A stretch of DNA of 64,000 bases from contig CAWJDT010000001.1 in assembly GCA_963841735.1 (NCBI GenBank), positions 928,001-992,000 of the forward strand, given 5' to 3'. The notes under the pieces were generated by a model that did no database searches, had not been told where the DNA came from, and saw only the letters and a list, made by a program, of their open reading frames with translations. Each line of letters starts with the position of its first letter. The stretch's first letter is position 1. Shown in pieces: positions 10,381 to 20,033 of this stretch. The position numbers and the translations under genes were made by a program. Source of the stretch: an uncultured Actinomycetes bacterium. Its GTDB lineage: Bacteria; Actinomycetota; Thermoleophilia; RBG-16-64-13.

Positions 10381-11626
10381 CCTGGAAACCTCGGTGTTCG
10401 GACTCTGAGATGCGGTCAAGGAATGTGCGCGCCAGAACGCCAACGTCGTGATTGAGTCGCACGTACTGCCTCCCTCGCTCGCCCATCAGCTCCCGGTCTT
10501 TGGCCGGCAGCGACGCCAACTTCAGAATGCCGTCACACAGAGCCCCGGCGTCTTCTGGGGGGATCGACAGACCGCACTCTGCTTCCCGCACTGGGTCGTT
10601 AGCCGCTTCTACACCGTGCAGTATCGGGACCCCCGCCATCATGTAGTCGAACAGTTTGTTGGGCGAGATGCCGAATCTGTAGAGCGGGCTGCGAGTCCAC
10701 CCAATATACAGCACGTCGAATAGGCCGAGCAGTTCGGGTACCGACCGTTTTGGCACCGGTGGAAGAAACTGTACAACGCTTCCCAGATCCTGAGCCTTCG
10801 CCTGCAGACGTTCTTTCTCAGGCCCGTCGCCAACGCAGACGATACCGATGTTCGCAAGTCGGGGATCCGCCCCAGCTTCCACAAGAGTGTCCAGCGAGTT
10901 AGACAGGGCATGGCCGCCCAGGTACCCCACCATGCAGCGGGTGCCTCGGCGGATCTCCTGCAGAGCCGCAACATGGCCGTCGGGCGGGGCCTGCCTGTCT
11001 TTCTCCCATTCTTCCAGGACGACCCCGTTGGGTACGTAGATGAATCTGTCGGGGGGTAGCCCGTGTGCCGCAAGGTGCTGCTCCGCACAGGGGAGCATCG
11101 ACACGACTCTGTCGGCATGACGACAGGCGAAGTTCTCGGCGCGCTGAAGCGACCAGATGAAGGGATGTAGGGGACTCATGCCGCCCAGTTCGATAGGAGA
11201 AGTCGGCCAGAGGTCGTGCACTTCGTAGACATAGCGTGCGTTGAATCGCTTTGCGTAGCGCGCAGCCGGCCAGTTGTCCCAGGTGTAGGTAGACGAGGCG
11301 ATTACAACTTCGGGGGCAAAGTCTATGATGAGCTGGGCGCACTCCCGGCGGAGCCCTCGCAGGAAGGCCACCATGTTGCGGACCCGCCCCGCCCCGTTGC
11401 CTCGGTAGGGGGGTGTCTTGACCCAGAGATACTCTACGCCCTCCACCGTCTCCCTTTTGAGTGGGCAAGAACTGCGCGGATTAACGCGTCTCAGATGGCT
11501 GAAGTCAGCTGCGACGATGAGTACGCGATGCCCTGCGCGAACCCACTCGCGTGCGAAATAGAAGGGGCGATACTCCATACCATACTCGGGAGTGCCGGCG
11601 TAGTGATTGATCAGGAGGATGTTCAT
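10373..11626 (-). CDS. GT4 glycosyltransferase (WbuB-like)
   Basis: NHYA, EVHDLWP, VPNG and SPNKLFDYM motifs. Confidence 0.9.
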   Translation of the reverse strand: MNILLINHYAGTPEYGMEYRPFYFAREWVRAGHRVLIVAADFSHLRRVNPRSSCPLKRETVEGVEYLWVKTPPYRGNGAGRVRNMVAFLRGLRRECAQLIIDFAPEVVIASSTYTWDNWPAARYAKRFNARYVYEVHDLWPTSPIELGGMSPLHPFIWSLQRAENFACRHADRVVSMLPCAEQHLAAHGLPPDRFIYVPNGVVLEEWEKDRQAPPDGHVAALQEIRRGTRCMVGYLGGHALSNSLDTLVEAGADPRLANIGIVCVGDGPEKERLQAKAQDLGSVVQFLPPVPKRSVPELLGLFDVLYIGWTRSPLYRFGISPNKLFDYMMAGVPILHGVEAANDPVREAECGLSIPPEDAGALCDGILKLASLPAKDRELMGERGRQYVRLNHDVGVLARTFLDRISESEHRGFQGE

Positions 11627-11635
11627 GTCCGTCGG

Positions 11636-14176
11636 CTATTCCGCTGCGGTGATCTCCGCTAGGACCGCCAGAGTGACATCGATCTGAAGGGCCAAGGGAT
11701 TGCGTTCTTTAGCGGCTTGCAGGAATTCCTGCGCCAGGCCGGCGAGTTGCTCTCTGTTCATGCCTCGGTAGTATTCGGCATCGTCCCGGGTAAGTTCGTC
11801 CTTTGCCAACGAGGCGGCTGCCTGCCCGGTTTCGGGGATCGCGCCTCCGCCGGCCAAGCTTGACCAGTCACCGAGTCCCGTAAGACTGACGGACAGGTCG
11901 TCGTATTGAAAACGGAAGGCCCTACCTTCCACATAGCCTGTAGCCAGAAGCAGATCGACTACCGCGACGCCCGCATGGAAGCGTAGTGTCCAGTCCGCCG
12001 GCTCGAGTGCTATGGCTTTCTCACAACTCTTGATGGCTAGGGCGAGATCATCCAGCACCGCGCCCTCTCTGTCGGGTGCTTCTGTTACCAGGGCTTCTAC
12101 GGCCGCTCTGTGGTAGATCGTGGCCTGGGTCGAATAGGGCGCTGGGTCGGTGGGCATCAGCGACAGGGCAGACTTCGCGCGTTTGACGGCTCGGGCGGGA
12201 TCGCTGCCGGCCAAAGCGAGTGCGGAGTCCTGGTACAGAAGGGAGGCGTACGGCAATACGGTGGAGATAATCACCAGTAGTGACAGCGCCACCATGACGA
12301 TGCGGAACGCCTGGGATAGAGGTCCGGGCGGGTGGAACATCTCCTTCGCCCGGCTTCTGCGATGCTCTCGATGTCTGCGCCGGCGGTGCTTGTTCTCATA
12401 CTGCGCCGCTCGGGGAGGGATCATCATCAGGACTTCGAGCTCCCCGGACTCGTTCAAGGCCGCGGACTCTTGCCGTAGGGCGACCTCGTCCGGTTGTGGG
12501 TCCGTAGGGGCGGTCGGCACGCGCAGCCGCAGCCGCTGGTTCATCCGGGGCCACAACACTCCGACTCGGGCGTCCACGCCGGCTACGCCGGCGGCGGCGA
12601 GCAGCACGGCAGGGATGCTGACCCCGGCCATCTGCCACAGCCAATCAACACTTGTGTGGATAAGCCAGTAGGCAGCGCCGGCGAGTAGAGCCATGTCCCA
12701 ACCGTAGGCCAGGGAACTGCTCCCCCAACGGGAGTCAGTTCTCGGGTGGGTCTCCGTGGCTTGAACGCCGCCGGCCCGCTGCCGCCTGCGCAACCATGTC
12801 TGCTTCATCCCCCGCCAGCCGGCAATGCAGCGGGGCCACAGCATCCCCCCCAAGATGAGAAGGATGCCCCCGAAGGCGAACACCCCTCCCACTATCCCTG
12901 TCTCGCCCAACACCTGCAGCTCGAATGAGTGCGCCTGTCGAGGTTTGTATGTCTCAGCGCTACGGAGGCGGTCATACTGGAAGACAAAGTTGTCGGCTCC
13001 CACGCCCAGAACGGGAGATCCTTCCAACTCCTGCACGGCGACCTTCCAGATGCCCACTCGGCCGCTGGAGCTAAGCAACGCGAACCGGGTGTGGCTTTCG
13101 GTAGCGGTTTCCGGCGCTTGCCCGGTGAATTGGCGCCAGGTCTGTGAGGTCCACTTGATCGGACCGCCCGCATCGTGCGTTAGGGTGATCGAGCCGTATA
13201 CGAGGCCACCCACGGCCGCGACCAATACGACGGTTCCGAAGATCACCTTCATCAGCCGGCTGACGCGCACCCATTTCTCGAGTAAGGCCAGGATCATGCC
13301 GATAAGCGCGGCCGTGAGGGCGGCGGCCAGCAACGTGCGTACCGCGAGTGCTCCTCCTACTGCGTCCGGCCCTTCGAGCCAGTAACGGTTGAGGCGCGGG
13401 AACACATACGCCATGAGTAGGGCGGGCACCAGCAGGTAGAAGAGAGTACGCAGGCGGGCGGGGGATATGACGAACATGAAGATGAGAGTGATTGCGAGAG
13501 TCCATACGGCCCCGCGTGACTGAGTCATGAAGGACAGTCCCAGAAGACCGGTCGCCAGTCCCAGCGCGATGCCACGCACCGGCGCCCGCTCTTCGGGTCC
13601 GGCCGCCAGCCACATGAGCGGCCAGAATGTGACCAGAAGGAGGGCGGCGGCGTGGTTGGGGGCGCTCACCGGGTAGCCGAGGCGATTGGTGTAGAAGAGC
13701 CCGGCGATGTTCTCCGTAGTGCCGAGTTTCCACATACAGACGGCAAACAGGACACACCCCCCGGCCATCACCAGGTAGCGGAAGACCCTTCTGGCCCCCT
13801 GGTCGCTGAGGTAGACGATGGCCAGCGCAAAGACCAGCAGGTAGGTGAAGGTGCGGCCGCTCTCCAGCCACACCCTGGTGGGAGAGTCTGCCCATATGGC
13901 GGATACGGCTACCCAAAGGCTGTAGCCGCCGAACAGGAGGAGGGCAGTGAGGGACAGCTGTCCCGGGCGGCGCGGATACGCCACCAACAGCGAGACGATC
14001 AGGCCGAAGACTCCCAGACCCAGACTAGGCGGCAACCACTGATGCGCGATGAAACCGCCCGAAGAGTAGACCAGCCACAACCAGACGGCAAAGACTACGG
14101 CGAGTGGTGCTCCCCAGATCCCAGCTCTACGAAGCCGGCTGCCGCTCTCAGGAACGGTGCTGCCGGCAGGTGACAA
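11636..14176 (-). CDS. O-antigen ligase / Wzy_C-domain membrane protein with a TPR-like C-terminus
   Basis: Many TM helices, TQSRG, R..IW, PVLGVGADNF, AHS...ETG and H..VDW motifs. C-terminal helical repeats (AIALEP). Confidence 0.8.
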   Translation of the reverse strand: MSPAGSTVPESGSRLRRAGIWGAPLAVVFAVWLWLVYSSGGFIAHQWLPPSLGLGVFGLIVSLLVAYPRRPGQLSLTALLLFGGYSLWVAVSAIWADSPTRVWLESGRTFTYLLVFALAIVYLSDQGARRVFRYLVMAGGCVLFAVCMWKLGTTENIAGLFYTNRLGYPVSAPNHAAALLLVTFWPLMWLAAGPEERAPVRGIALGLATGLLGLSFMTQSRGAVWTLAITLIFMFVISPARLRTLFYLLVPALLMAYVFPRLNRYWLEGPDAVGGALAVRTLLAAALTAALIGMILALLEKWVRVSRLMKVIFGTVVLVAAVGGLVYGSITLTHDAGGPIKWTSQTWRQFTGQAPETATESHTRFALLSSSGRVGIWKVAVQELEGSPVLGVGADNFVFQYDRLRSAETYKPRQAHSFELQVLGETGIVGGVFAFGGILLILGGMLWPRCIAGWRGMKQTWLRRRQRAGGVQATETHPRTDSRWGSSSLAYGWDMALLAGAAYWLIHTSVDWLWQMAGVSIPAVLLAAAGVAGVDARVGVLWPRMNQRLRLRVPTAPTDPQPDEVALRQESAALNESGELEVLMMIPPRAAQYENKHRRRRHREHRRSRAKEMFHPPGPLSQAFRIVMVALSLLVIISTVLPYASLLYQDSALALAGSDPARAVKRAKSALSLMPTDPAPYSTQATIYHRAAVEALVTEAPDREGAVLDDLALAIKSCEKAIALEPADWTLRFHAGVAVVDLLLATGYVEGRAFRFQYDDLSVSLTGLGDWSSLAGGGAIPETGQAAASLAKDELTRDDAEYYRGMNREQLAGLAQEFLQAAKERNPLALQIDVTLAVLAEITAAE

Positions 14177-14202
14177 TCTCTATCACTCGCCCGCTATGGA
14201 GT

Positions 14203-14571
14203 CTAGTTCTTCTCGGCGGGTTTGTTAGGCCGTGAAAGCTTTCTGAGGGCCACGCCACCGCCGACCAAGGCGACCACCACGACCACCAGGATCGCGATCT
14301 GGAAGCCGGTGAACGGGTACTCGTCCCGGCTGAGCCGGTCTTTCACCACGTCATCCAGCCGTTTCTTGAAGTCACCGTCAGAGTACTGGGCCAAGGTGGC
14401 GTCATTGAGATAGGCGTTCAGCTCGGCATCGGTGTAGCTCCGGGTGAGCTTGCCGTTGGCCACGAAATCGTCGTAGATGTCTTGGGGAGTCCAGCCGGCC
14501 AAGGCCACAGTGGTCAGTAGAAGATTGATGACTATCGCACCAATGAACAGAAGTACCAGTTTCTTGACCAT
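14203..14571 (-). CDS. Small exported protein with a C-terminal YPFTG sortase-like sorting signal
   Basis: Strong RBS (GAGGAGG), signal peptide ending ALA, then YPFTG, a TM helix and a basic tail RKLSRPNK. Confidence 0.75.
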   Translation of the reverse strand: MVKKLVLLFIGAIVINLLLTTVALAGWTPQDIYDDFVANGKLTRSYTDAELNAYLNDATLAQYSDGDFKKRLDDVVKDRLSRDEYPFTGFQIAILVVVVVALVGGGVALRKLSRPNKPAEKN

Positions 14572-14713
14572 GGCCCCTCCTCAAGTTCACTATGACCGTC
14601 TGATGACGGGTCTGTCTGCCTTGAAGCCGTAAATCCAATGTAACAGTATACCATACTCAGAGTCTATACTATCACTAGAGTCTATCACCTCTACCCACAG
14701 TCAAAAGCGGCCT

Positions 14714-16771
14714 CTATTTTACCTTCACCGGCTTCTCCGCGGGCAAACCCTGCAGAGAAGCATACTCCGGGACGCATTCTTGGAGGGCAAGCATGATGCC
14801 CCGCCGGTCTCCATGTTGCTCGGCGAGGGCGATCAGATCCCTGAGCGCTTGTTTGAAGTGATGGCTATCACCGTTGTTTGTCGCGCTACTGGCCCGAGCG
14901 CAGACCTGCTTGACCAAGGGATGGCTGGTCGGCAGGGCTTCCTCATACGCGTAGGTTAGGCTCTCGTCCAGTTTCTCTCCAGGGCGAAGTCCTGAGAACT
15001 CCACACCGAGAGAACGTGCCTCGTCCTTCCAGTAGAAATCGATCATTCGCTGGGCCAGGTCGATGATTGAAACCGGGGCGCCCATCTCGAGCACGAAGGT
15101 GTTCAGAGAGCGCTCTCGATCCCGCTCTGTTCCGTCGAGCATGATGGCCGCCTGCAGAACTAATTGAACGGCCTCTTCGATAAGCATGAAGTAGCGGGTC
15201 ATCTCCGGATGGGTGATAACCAAAGGGCCACCATTCTCTATCTGGCTCCTGAAGATGGGGATGACACTCCCCTGACTACCCAGCACGTTGCCGAACCGGA
15301 CCGAAGCGAACAGAGTCCCTGGGTGTCGCGCACCGAGGTCGCGCACGATGAGCTCGCCTATCCGCTTGGTCGCGCCCATGACGTTGCAGGGCTCGACCGC
15401 CTTGTCGGTGGAGATGTTGATGAAACGTTCAGTGCCGTATCGGGCCGCCATCTCGGCTACCGAGAGAGTGCCTTTGACGTTGTTGAGAACAGCTTCGTCG
15501 GGGCTCAACTCCATCAGGGGCACGTGTTTGTATGCCGCCGCATGGAAGACCAGCCGGGGACGGTGGAGGGCGAATATCTTCTCCAACTTATCCTTTTGCA
15601 GGATGCTGGCGGGGTACAGAACGTAGTGCCGGTAACCCTGGCTTTGCAGTCGCTCGTGCAGGTCGTACAGAGATGATTCGTCGTGGTCGACCATCACCAG
15701 CCGCCCAGGATCGAATCGGGCGATCTGTCGGCACAGTTCCGAGCCTATGGAGCCACCCGCGCCTGTGACCAGCACGGTATGTCCCTGGATGAACTCAGAC
15801 AGGGCGCCGATATCCGTCTCGACGCTGGGTCTGCCGAGAAGGTCTCTGATGTCGAGATCGCGGGCGTCGTCCAGACTGACCTTACCCGATACGAGCTCGG
15901 CTAGGCTCGGCAGGATCTTCAGGGGCACACCCGCCGGTTTGCAGAGGCGATAGATGGAGACGACCTCCTCGGCCGTAGCCGAGGGGATGGCAACGATGAC
16001 CTGCGTTATCCCCTGCTTCTTGACCAGTGCGGGGGTATCGGCCACCCTACCCAAGACGGGCAGGCCCTGGATAGTCATGTACTGCAGGTCGCTGCGGTCG
16101 TCGACAAGGCCTACTACCCGCAGCCCCAGCGACGGAGTGCGCTTGATCTCGCGGATCAACATGTCCGCGGCCTGCCCGGCCCCGACCAGCAGAAGGCGCT
16201 CGCTGGGCTGCTCGGGTTGCTGGGTGATCTCAGCCTTGACCCGGTGGGAGAAGCGGGATCCGACCATCAGGGTGATAGTGAGTGCGCTGCCGCCGACGAC
16301 CACCGACCGGGGAGCGAGATAGCCCACTCCGTCGGAGAAGAGCGGCCAGACCACCACGATCAGGAGAAGGGAGGCAAAAGCCAATAGGCCCGACTCCACA
16401 AGCCGCATCGCTTGGGCTAGGCCCATATAGCGTCCCACGATCGAGTAGACGCCGGTAAACCAGTTGACCACCACATGCATGACCACGGCGATCACAGCAA
16501 AGACGGCGAAGTCCGCCGACCAGCTCTTCCAGTCGGCGAAGCTCCCTGCTGAGCGGAAATTGAGCATCAGGTAGTACGAGAGCAAGACGATGGCGACGTC
16601 AGTCATCATCGCTCGTATGTGACGAGCGCGCGGGAGTCCAAACCGCTTGCCACCCATCAGAGGACCTTGCCTCTGCGTAGTGCCGGCAATGAAGTCGGGC
16701 TCATCGGAGTTCCGCGCAGGCATTGCTCTCTCCGCTGAAGACTTTTCGTGATCGTGGACAAGATATCCCAT
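14714..16771 (-). CDS. Membrane-bound nucleotide-sugar 4,6-dehydratase (PglF/WbpM/CapD family)
   Basis: Four N-terminal TMs, GAGQA, GAGGSIG, HAAAYKHVP, STDKA, RFGNVLGS and RPGEK motifs. Exact start uncertain. Confidence 0.92.
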   Translation of the reverse strand: MGYLVHDHEKSSAERAMPARNSDEPDFIAGTTQRQGPLMGGKRFGLPRARHIRAMMTDVAIVLLSYYLMLNFRSAGSFADWKSWSADFAVFAVIAVVMHVVVNWFTGVYSIVGRYMGLAQAMRLVESGLLAFASLLLIVVVWPLFSDGVGYLAPRSVVVGGSALTITLMVGSRFSHRVKAEITQQPEQPSERLLLVGAGQAADMLIREIKRTPSLGLRVVGLVDDRSDLQYMTIQGLPVLGRVADTPALVKKQGITQVIVAIPSATAEEVVSIYRLCKPAGVPLKILPSLAELVSGKVSLDDARDLDIRDLLGRPSVETDIGALSEFIQGHTVLVTGAGGSIGSELCRQIARFDPGRLVMVDHDESSLYDLHERLQSQGYRHYVLYPASILQKDKLEKIFALHRPRLVFHAAAYKHVPLMELSPDEAVLNNVKGTLSVAEMAARYGTERFINISTDKAVEPCNVMGATKRIGELIVRDLGARHPGTLFASVRFGNVLGSQGSVIPIFRSQIENGGPLVITHPEMTRYFMLIEEAVQLVLQAAIMLDGTERDRERSLNTFVLEMGAPVSIIDLAQRMIDFYWKDEARSLGVEFSGLRPGEKLDESLTYAYEEALPTSHPLVKQVCARASSATNNGDSHHFKQALRDLIALAEQHGDRRGIMLALQECVPEYASLQGLPAEKPVKVK

Positions 16772-16946
16772 TCGGTCTCGGAAATAAACTATCTATATGG
16801 AGTTATCGGCGTCTTCTGTCAAACTATGAATCCTGCTAGTGGCCTGTCGCCGCGCCCCCCGAGCGAGAGCGAGGGCGGCGGGATTGACAGGTTGAGCGGG
16901 GGAACGTACCGTGTAGTTGTGAGACGATCCAGATAGAGGAGGCGCC

Positions 16947-17498
16947 GTGACTGACGTCATGAAGAGTTGCGCAAGCTGCGGAAACACTCAGGCAGCCGGA
17001 GACTTCTGCGAAAAATGTGGCAACCGCTTGGCGGCGCCGGCGGCTGAGGCAGCGGCACCCGCGGCGACCGCGGCGTTTCAGGCACCGCCGGCCCCGGCTG
17101 CCTACCCGCCCGGAGCATATGCCCCCGGCGCGTACCCGCCCGGCGCCTACCCGCCCGGCGCCTACCCGCCCGGCACCCAGCCCCCCTATGGCTATGCGCC
17201 GCAGTACGCTCCGCCGCGTGAGCCGGGGCCGTGGAACAAGCTGTTCGACCTCTCCTTCCAGGGGTTTGTCACGCCCGCCACTCTGAAGGTCCTGTACTTC
17301 ATCATCCTGGGTACGATCGGTCTCTTCTTTGTGTTCAGCATCGTCTGGGGCTTTATGTTCCACGACGGCGCCATCGGGGCCATGTGGCTGTTTGTCACTG
17401 TGGCAATGACCGCCTTCCTGTTCTTCATGACCCGCATTCTGTTTGAGTTGGTTTCCACAACGTTGCGGCACAGCGGTGAAGTCAAGAAGGACGTCTAG
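16947..17498 (+). CDS. DUF4282-like membrane protein with a zinc ribbon and AYPPG repeats
   Basis: CxxC...CxxC, Pro/Gly/Tyr repeats, LFDLSF..FVTP motif, TM pair, R...E motif. Confidence 0.75.
   Translation: MTDVMKSCASCGNTQAAGDFCEKCGNRLAAPAAEAAAPAATAAFQAPPAPAAYPPGAYAPGAYPPGAYPPGAYPPGTQPPYGYAPQYAPPREPGPWNKLFDLSFQGFVTPATLKVLYFIILGTIGLFFVFSIVWGFMFHDGAIGAMWLFVTVAMTAFLFFMTRILFELVSTTLRHSGEVKKDV
17100..17174 (+). repeat. Five 15-bp tandem repeats (GCCTACCCGCCCGGC) encoding AYPPG
   Basis: Read directly; some copies are slightly diverged. Confidence 0.9.
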
Positions 17499-17554
17499 TC
17501 TCGGTCCTGAGGTTAGATAGGCTCGACCGCTGAGACGGTGGAGCGGTGAGCGCG

Positions 17555-17586
17555 AAAAGAAGGGGCCGCCTGGGGGCGGCCCCTTT
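17555..17586. terminator. Intrinsic terminator between convergent genes
   Basis: AGGGGCCGCC-TGGG-GGCGGCCCCT stem with flanking A and T tracts. Confidence 0.8.
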
Positions 17587-17604
17587 GCGTCTCCGCGGGT
17601 TGGT

Positions 17605-18900
17605 TCAGCGGGCCGGTGTGTGGATGCCCATTCCTTCGTAGGCGAAACCCAGCCGTACCAGTGCATCTCCGTCCAGCGCATTGCGCCCGTCGATGACGAT
17701 GGGCTGGGCCATGCGCTGTTTCACCACTGCCCAATCGAGATCCAGGAACTCGCTCCACTCGGTCACCAACACGCAGGCATCGGCGTGTTCCAGGGCGGCA
17801 GTGGCAGAAACGGCAAACTCCATGGCCGGGAGGATGGCCCTCACAGCGTCCATTGCCAGGGGGTCGTAGCCGACCACTCTGGCGTCTTCGGCTAGGAGCC
17901 GGCCACCCAGGACTATCGAAGAGGCCTGGCGGATGTCGTCGGTGTTGGGCTTGAACGAAAGCCCAAGGAGCGCGATGCGCCTGCCGCGCAGGTCGTCACC
18001 TAGGTGACGCTTGAGCTTTCCTATCACCCGTCGCTTCTGGAGTTCGTTCACCTCGATAACAGCGCTGAGGAGCTGGAAGTGGTAGCCCGAATTGGAGGCG
18101 ATCTGCTTGAGGGCAGATACGTCTTTGGGGAAGCAACTGCCGCCATAGCCTATGCCGGCCTGCAGGAAATGCGGGCCGATGCGCCGGTCGAGGCCCATTC
18201 CGTGGGCGACGACGGTGACGTCCGCGCCTGTCATCTCGCAGACGTTGGCGATCTCGTTGATGAAGCTGATCTTGGTGGCCAGAAAGGCGTTGCTGGCGTA
18301 CTTGATCATTTCCGCCGAGGCCACGTCGGTAGCGAGGATGGGGCAGTCGAGGCCCGCATAAAGAGCGGCTACCCGTTCGGCGATGCCCGGGCTGTCGGCA
18401 CCGATCACCACACGGTCGGCCCGAGTGAAATCGTCGAGGGCTGAGCCTTCGCGCAGGAACTCAGGATTGGACGCATAGCGGATGCCGTGTAGGCCGCGCT
18501 CGGCCAGCTTCGCCTGCACCAGCGCTCCGGTGCCGACGGGCACCGTAGACTTGACGACGAGGACGTGGTCCCCGTCGGGGGAGGACAGGTTGTCGAGGGC
18601 CTGCCAGATGCGGGAGAGATCGGCGTCCCCGGAGGGACTGGGCGGAGTGTCCACGCAGATGAATATGAACTCGCCCGTCGAGTACGCTTGGGCAGCGTCA
18701 GTGGTGAACTCGATGCGCTGACGGTTGGCCGCGATCAGCTCGGCAAGCCCCGGCTCGTAGATGGGGACTCCACCCTCGCGGAGCACCCGGATCTTGTCGG
18801 CGTCAACGTCCATGGCCACCACGTCATGGCCGAGAGCGGCCATGCAGGCGGCTGTGACCAGGCCCACATACCCGGTGCCGACTATCGTCAGTTTGTTCAC
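17605..18900 (-). CDS. ugd: UDP-glucose 6-dehydrogenase
   Basis: GTGYVG, KSTVPVG, NPEFLREG, GYGGSCFPKD, FKPNTDD and DGRN motifs. Confidence 0.95.
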   Translation of the reverse strand: MNKLTIVGTGYVGLVTAACMAALGHDVVAMDVDADKIRVLREGGVPIYEPGLAELIAANRQRIEFTTDAAQAYSTGEFIFICVDTPPSPSGDADLSRIWQALDNLSSPDGDHVLVVKSTVPVGTGALVQAKLAERGLHGIRYASNPEFLREGSALDDFTRADRVVIGADSPGIAERVAALYAGLDCPILATDVASAEMIKYASNAFLATKISFINEIANVCEMTGADVTVVAHGMGLDRRIGPHFLQAGIGYGGSCFPKDVSALKQIASNSGYHFQLLSAVIEVNELQKRRVIGKLKRHLGDDLRGRRIALLGLSFKPNTDDIRQASSIVLGGRLLAEDARVVGYDPLAMDAVRAILPAMEFAVSATAALEHADACVLVTEWSEFLDLDWAVVKQRMAQPIVIDGRNALDGDALVRLGFAYEGMGIHTPAR

Positions 18901-18959
18901 ACCAGTCTCCTCCTCGTCGATTTCACGGCATCACGTTCTGCGAGAACAGTCTAACTAGT

Positions 18960-20033
18960 CTAACTCACACCCAGGAACGCCAATATGGCCCGAGTGAGCG
19001 CCTGCGCGATCTTGTCTTGATAGGCCCCCGTGGCAAGCAGCTTGTCTTCGGTGGCATTTGTCATGAACCCGATCTCGGGAAGGATCACGGGTACGTCGGA
19101 CCAATTGAAACCGGTCATGTCGCTCCTAGCATCTATGCCGCGGTTCTTGGCCCCTGTCGCTGCTATCAGCGCGTCTTGGGCGATGGCAGCCGCTTGTTTG
19201 GAGGCGGCGGCGATGTCGTCGGTCCAGCCTGCGATGGACGCGGGATACAAGACGTGGATACCGTGGACGGCCGAGTCGGCGTTGCCGTCGGCGTGTACGC
19301 GCACGAAGAGATCGGCACCGGCCTCGTTGGCCATCTGCGCCCGCTGGATGTTGGAGATGCTGACGTTCTGACTCGTGCGGGTCATCACCACCTTGATGCC
19401 GTGAGCCTCGAGGGAGTCCCTCAGCTTCAGCGCCACAGCCAGCACCAGTTCGCTCTCGGGGGTACCTGTGACCACACCGGCGGTGCCGCTGCTGACCTTC
19501 GCCTTCTGCTCTGAGGCGCCGGGTCCGATGGGCTCCAAAGTGGAGTCGGCTTTGGCTTGATGGCCGGGATCGATCACCACTACTAGGCCGGCGGACCGGC
19601 GGATCGTGGTGGAAGTCGTAGGAACCGCGGTGGTTGTCGTGACCTTGGAGGTGGTGGTGGCCGCGGCAGTGGTGGGCGGAGCCGTCGTGGCCGTGGAGGT
19701 TGCCGGTGGGGTGGTGACGTCTTCGCCTGAGCCTGCTCCACTGCCGTCGGTGGTGGCTTTGGCCGGCGTTGAGGTGCCGGTGGCGTCCGCTGGGTCTGGA
19801 GAGGAGTTTGCCGGCATACTGACCGCGGCGGAGAGGACTTCTGTCGAACCCGCGGTGGTCTTGTCCCCGTCCCCCTGTGAGGCGAGTACCACCAGCGCTG
19901 TGATCAGGCCCACGAGGGCGATAGCGCTCAGAGAAGCCAGTAGCAGGCGTAGTCTACGCCGGCGCCTTCTTCTGGCCTGGAAGCGCTGGATCATCTCTCT
20001 TGTTTGTCTGTCGCGTGTGGGCGGTGTTCTCAC
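18960..20033 (-). CDS. Membrane-anchored N-acetylmuramoyl-L-alanine amidase (Amidase_3) with a Thr-rich linker
   Basis: Arg-rich N-terminus plus TM helix, IDPGH, E..L, VHAD and EIGFMTN motifs. Confidence 0.9.
   Translation of the reverse strand: MRTPPTRDRQTREMIQRFQARRRRRRRLRLLLASLSAIALVGLITALVVLASQGDGDKTTAGSTEVLSAAVSMPANSSPDPADATGTSTPAKATTDGSGAGSGEDVTTPPATSTATTAPPTTAAATTTSKVTTTTAVPTTSTTIRRSAGLVVVIDPGHQAKADSTLEPIGPGASEQKAKVSSGTAGVVTGTPESELVLAVALKLRDSLEAHGIKVVMTRTSQNVSISNIQRAQMANEAGADLFVRVHADGNADSAVHGIHVLYPASIAGWTDDIAAASKQAAAIAQDALIAATGAKNRGIDARSDMTGFNWSDVPVILPEIGFMTNATEDKLLATGAYQDKIAQALTRAILAFLGVS

Noticed and set aside
14177-14690. tetO-like CTATCACT half-sites and an AGAGTCTAT direct repeat around the small YPFTG gene
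   Set aside because: They are short and not palindromic, and no cognate regulator is nearby, so they cannot be distinguished from chance.
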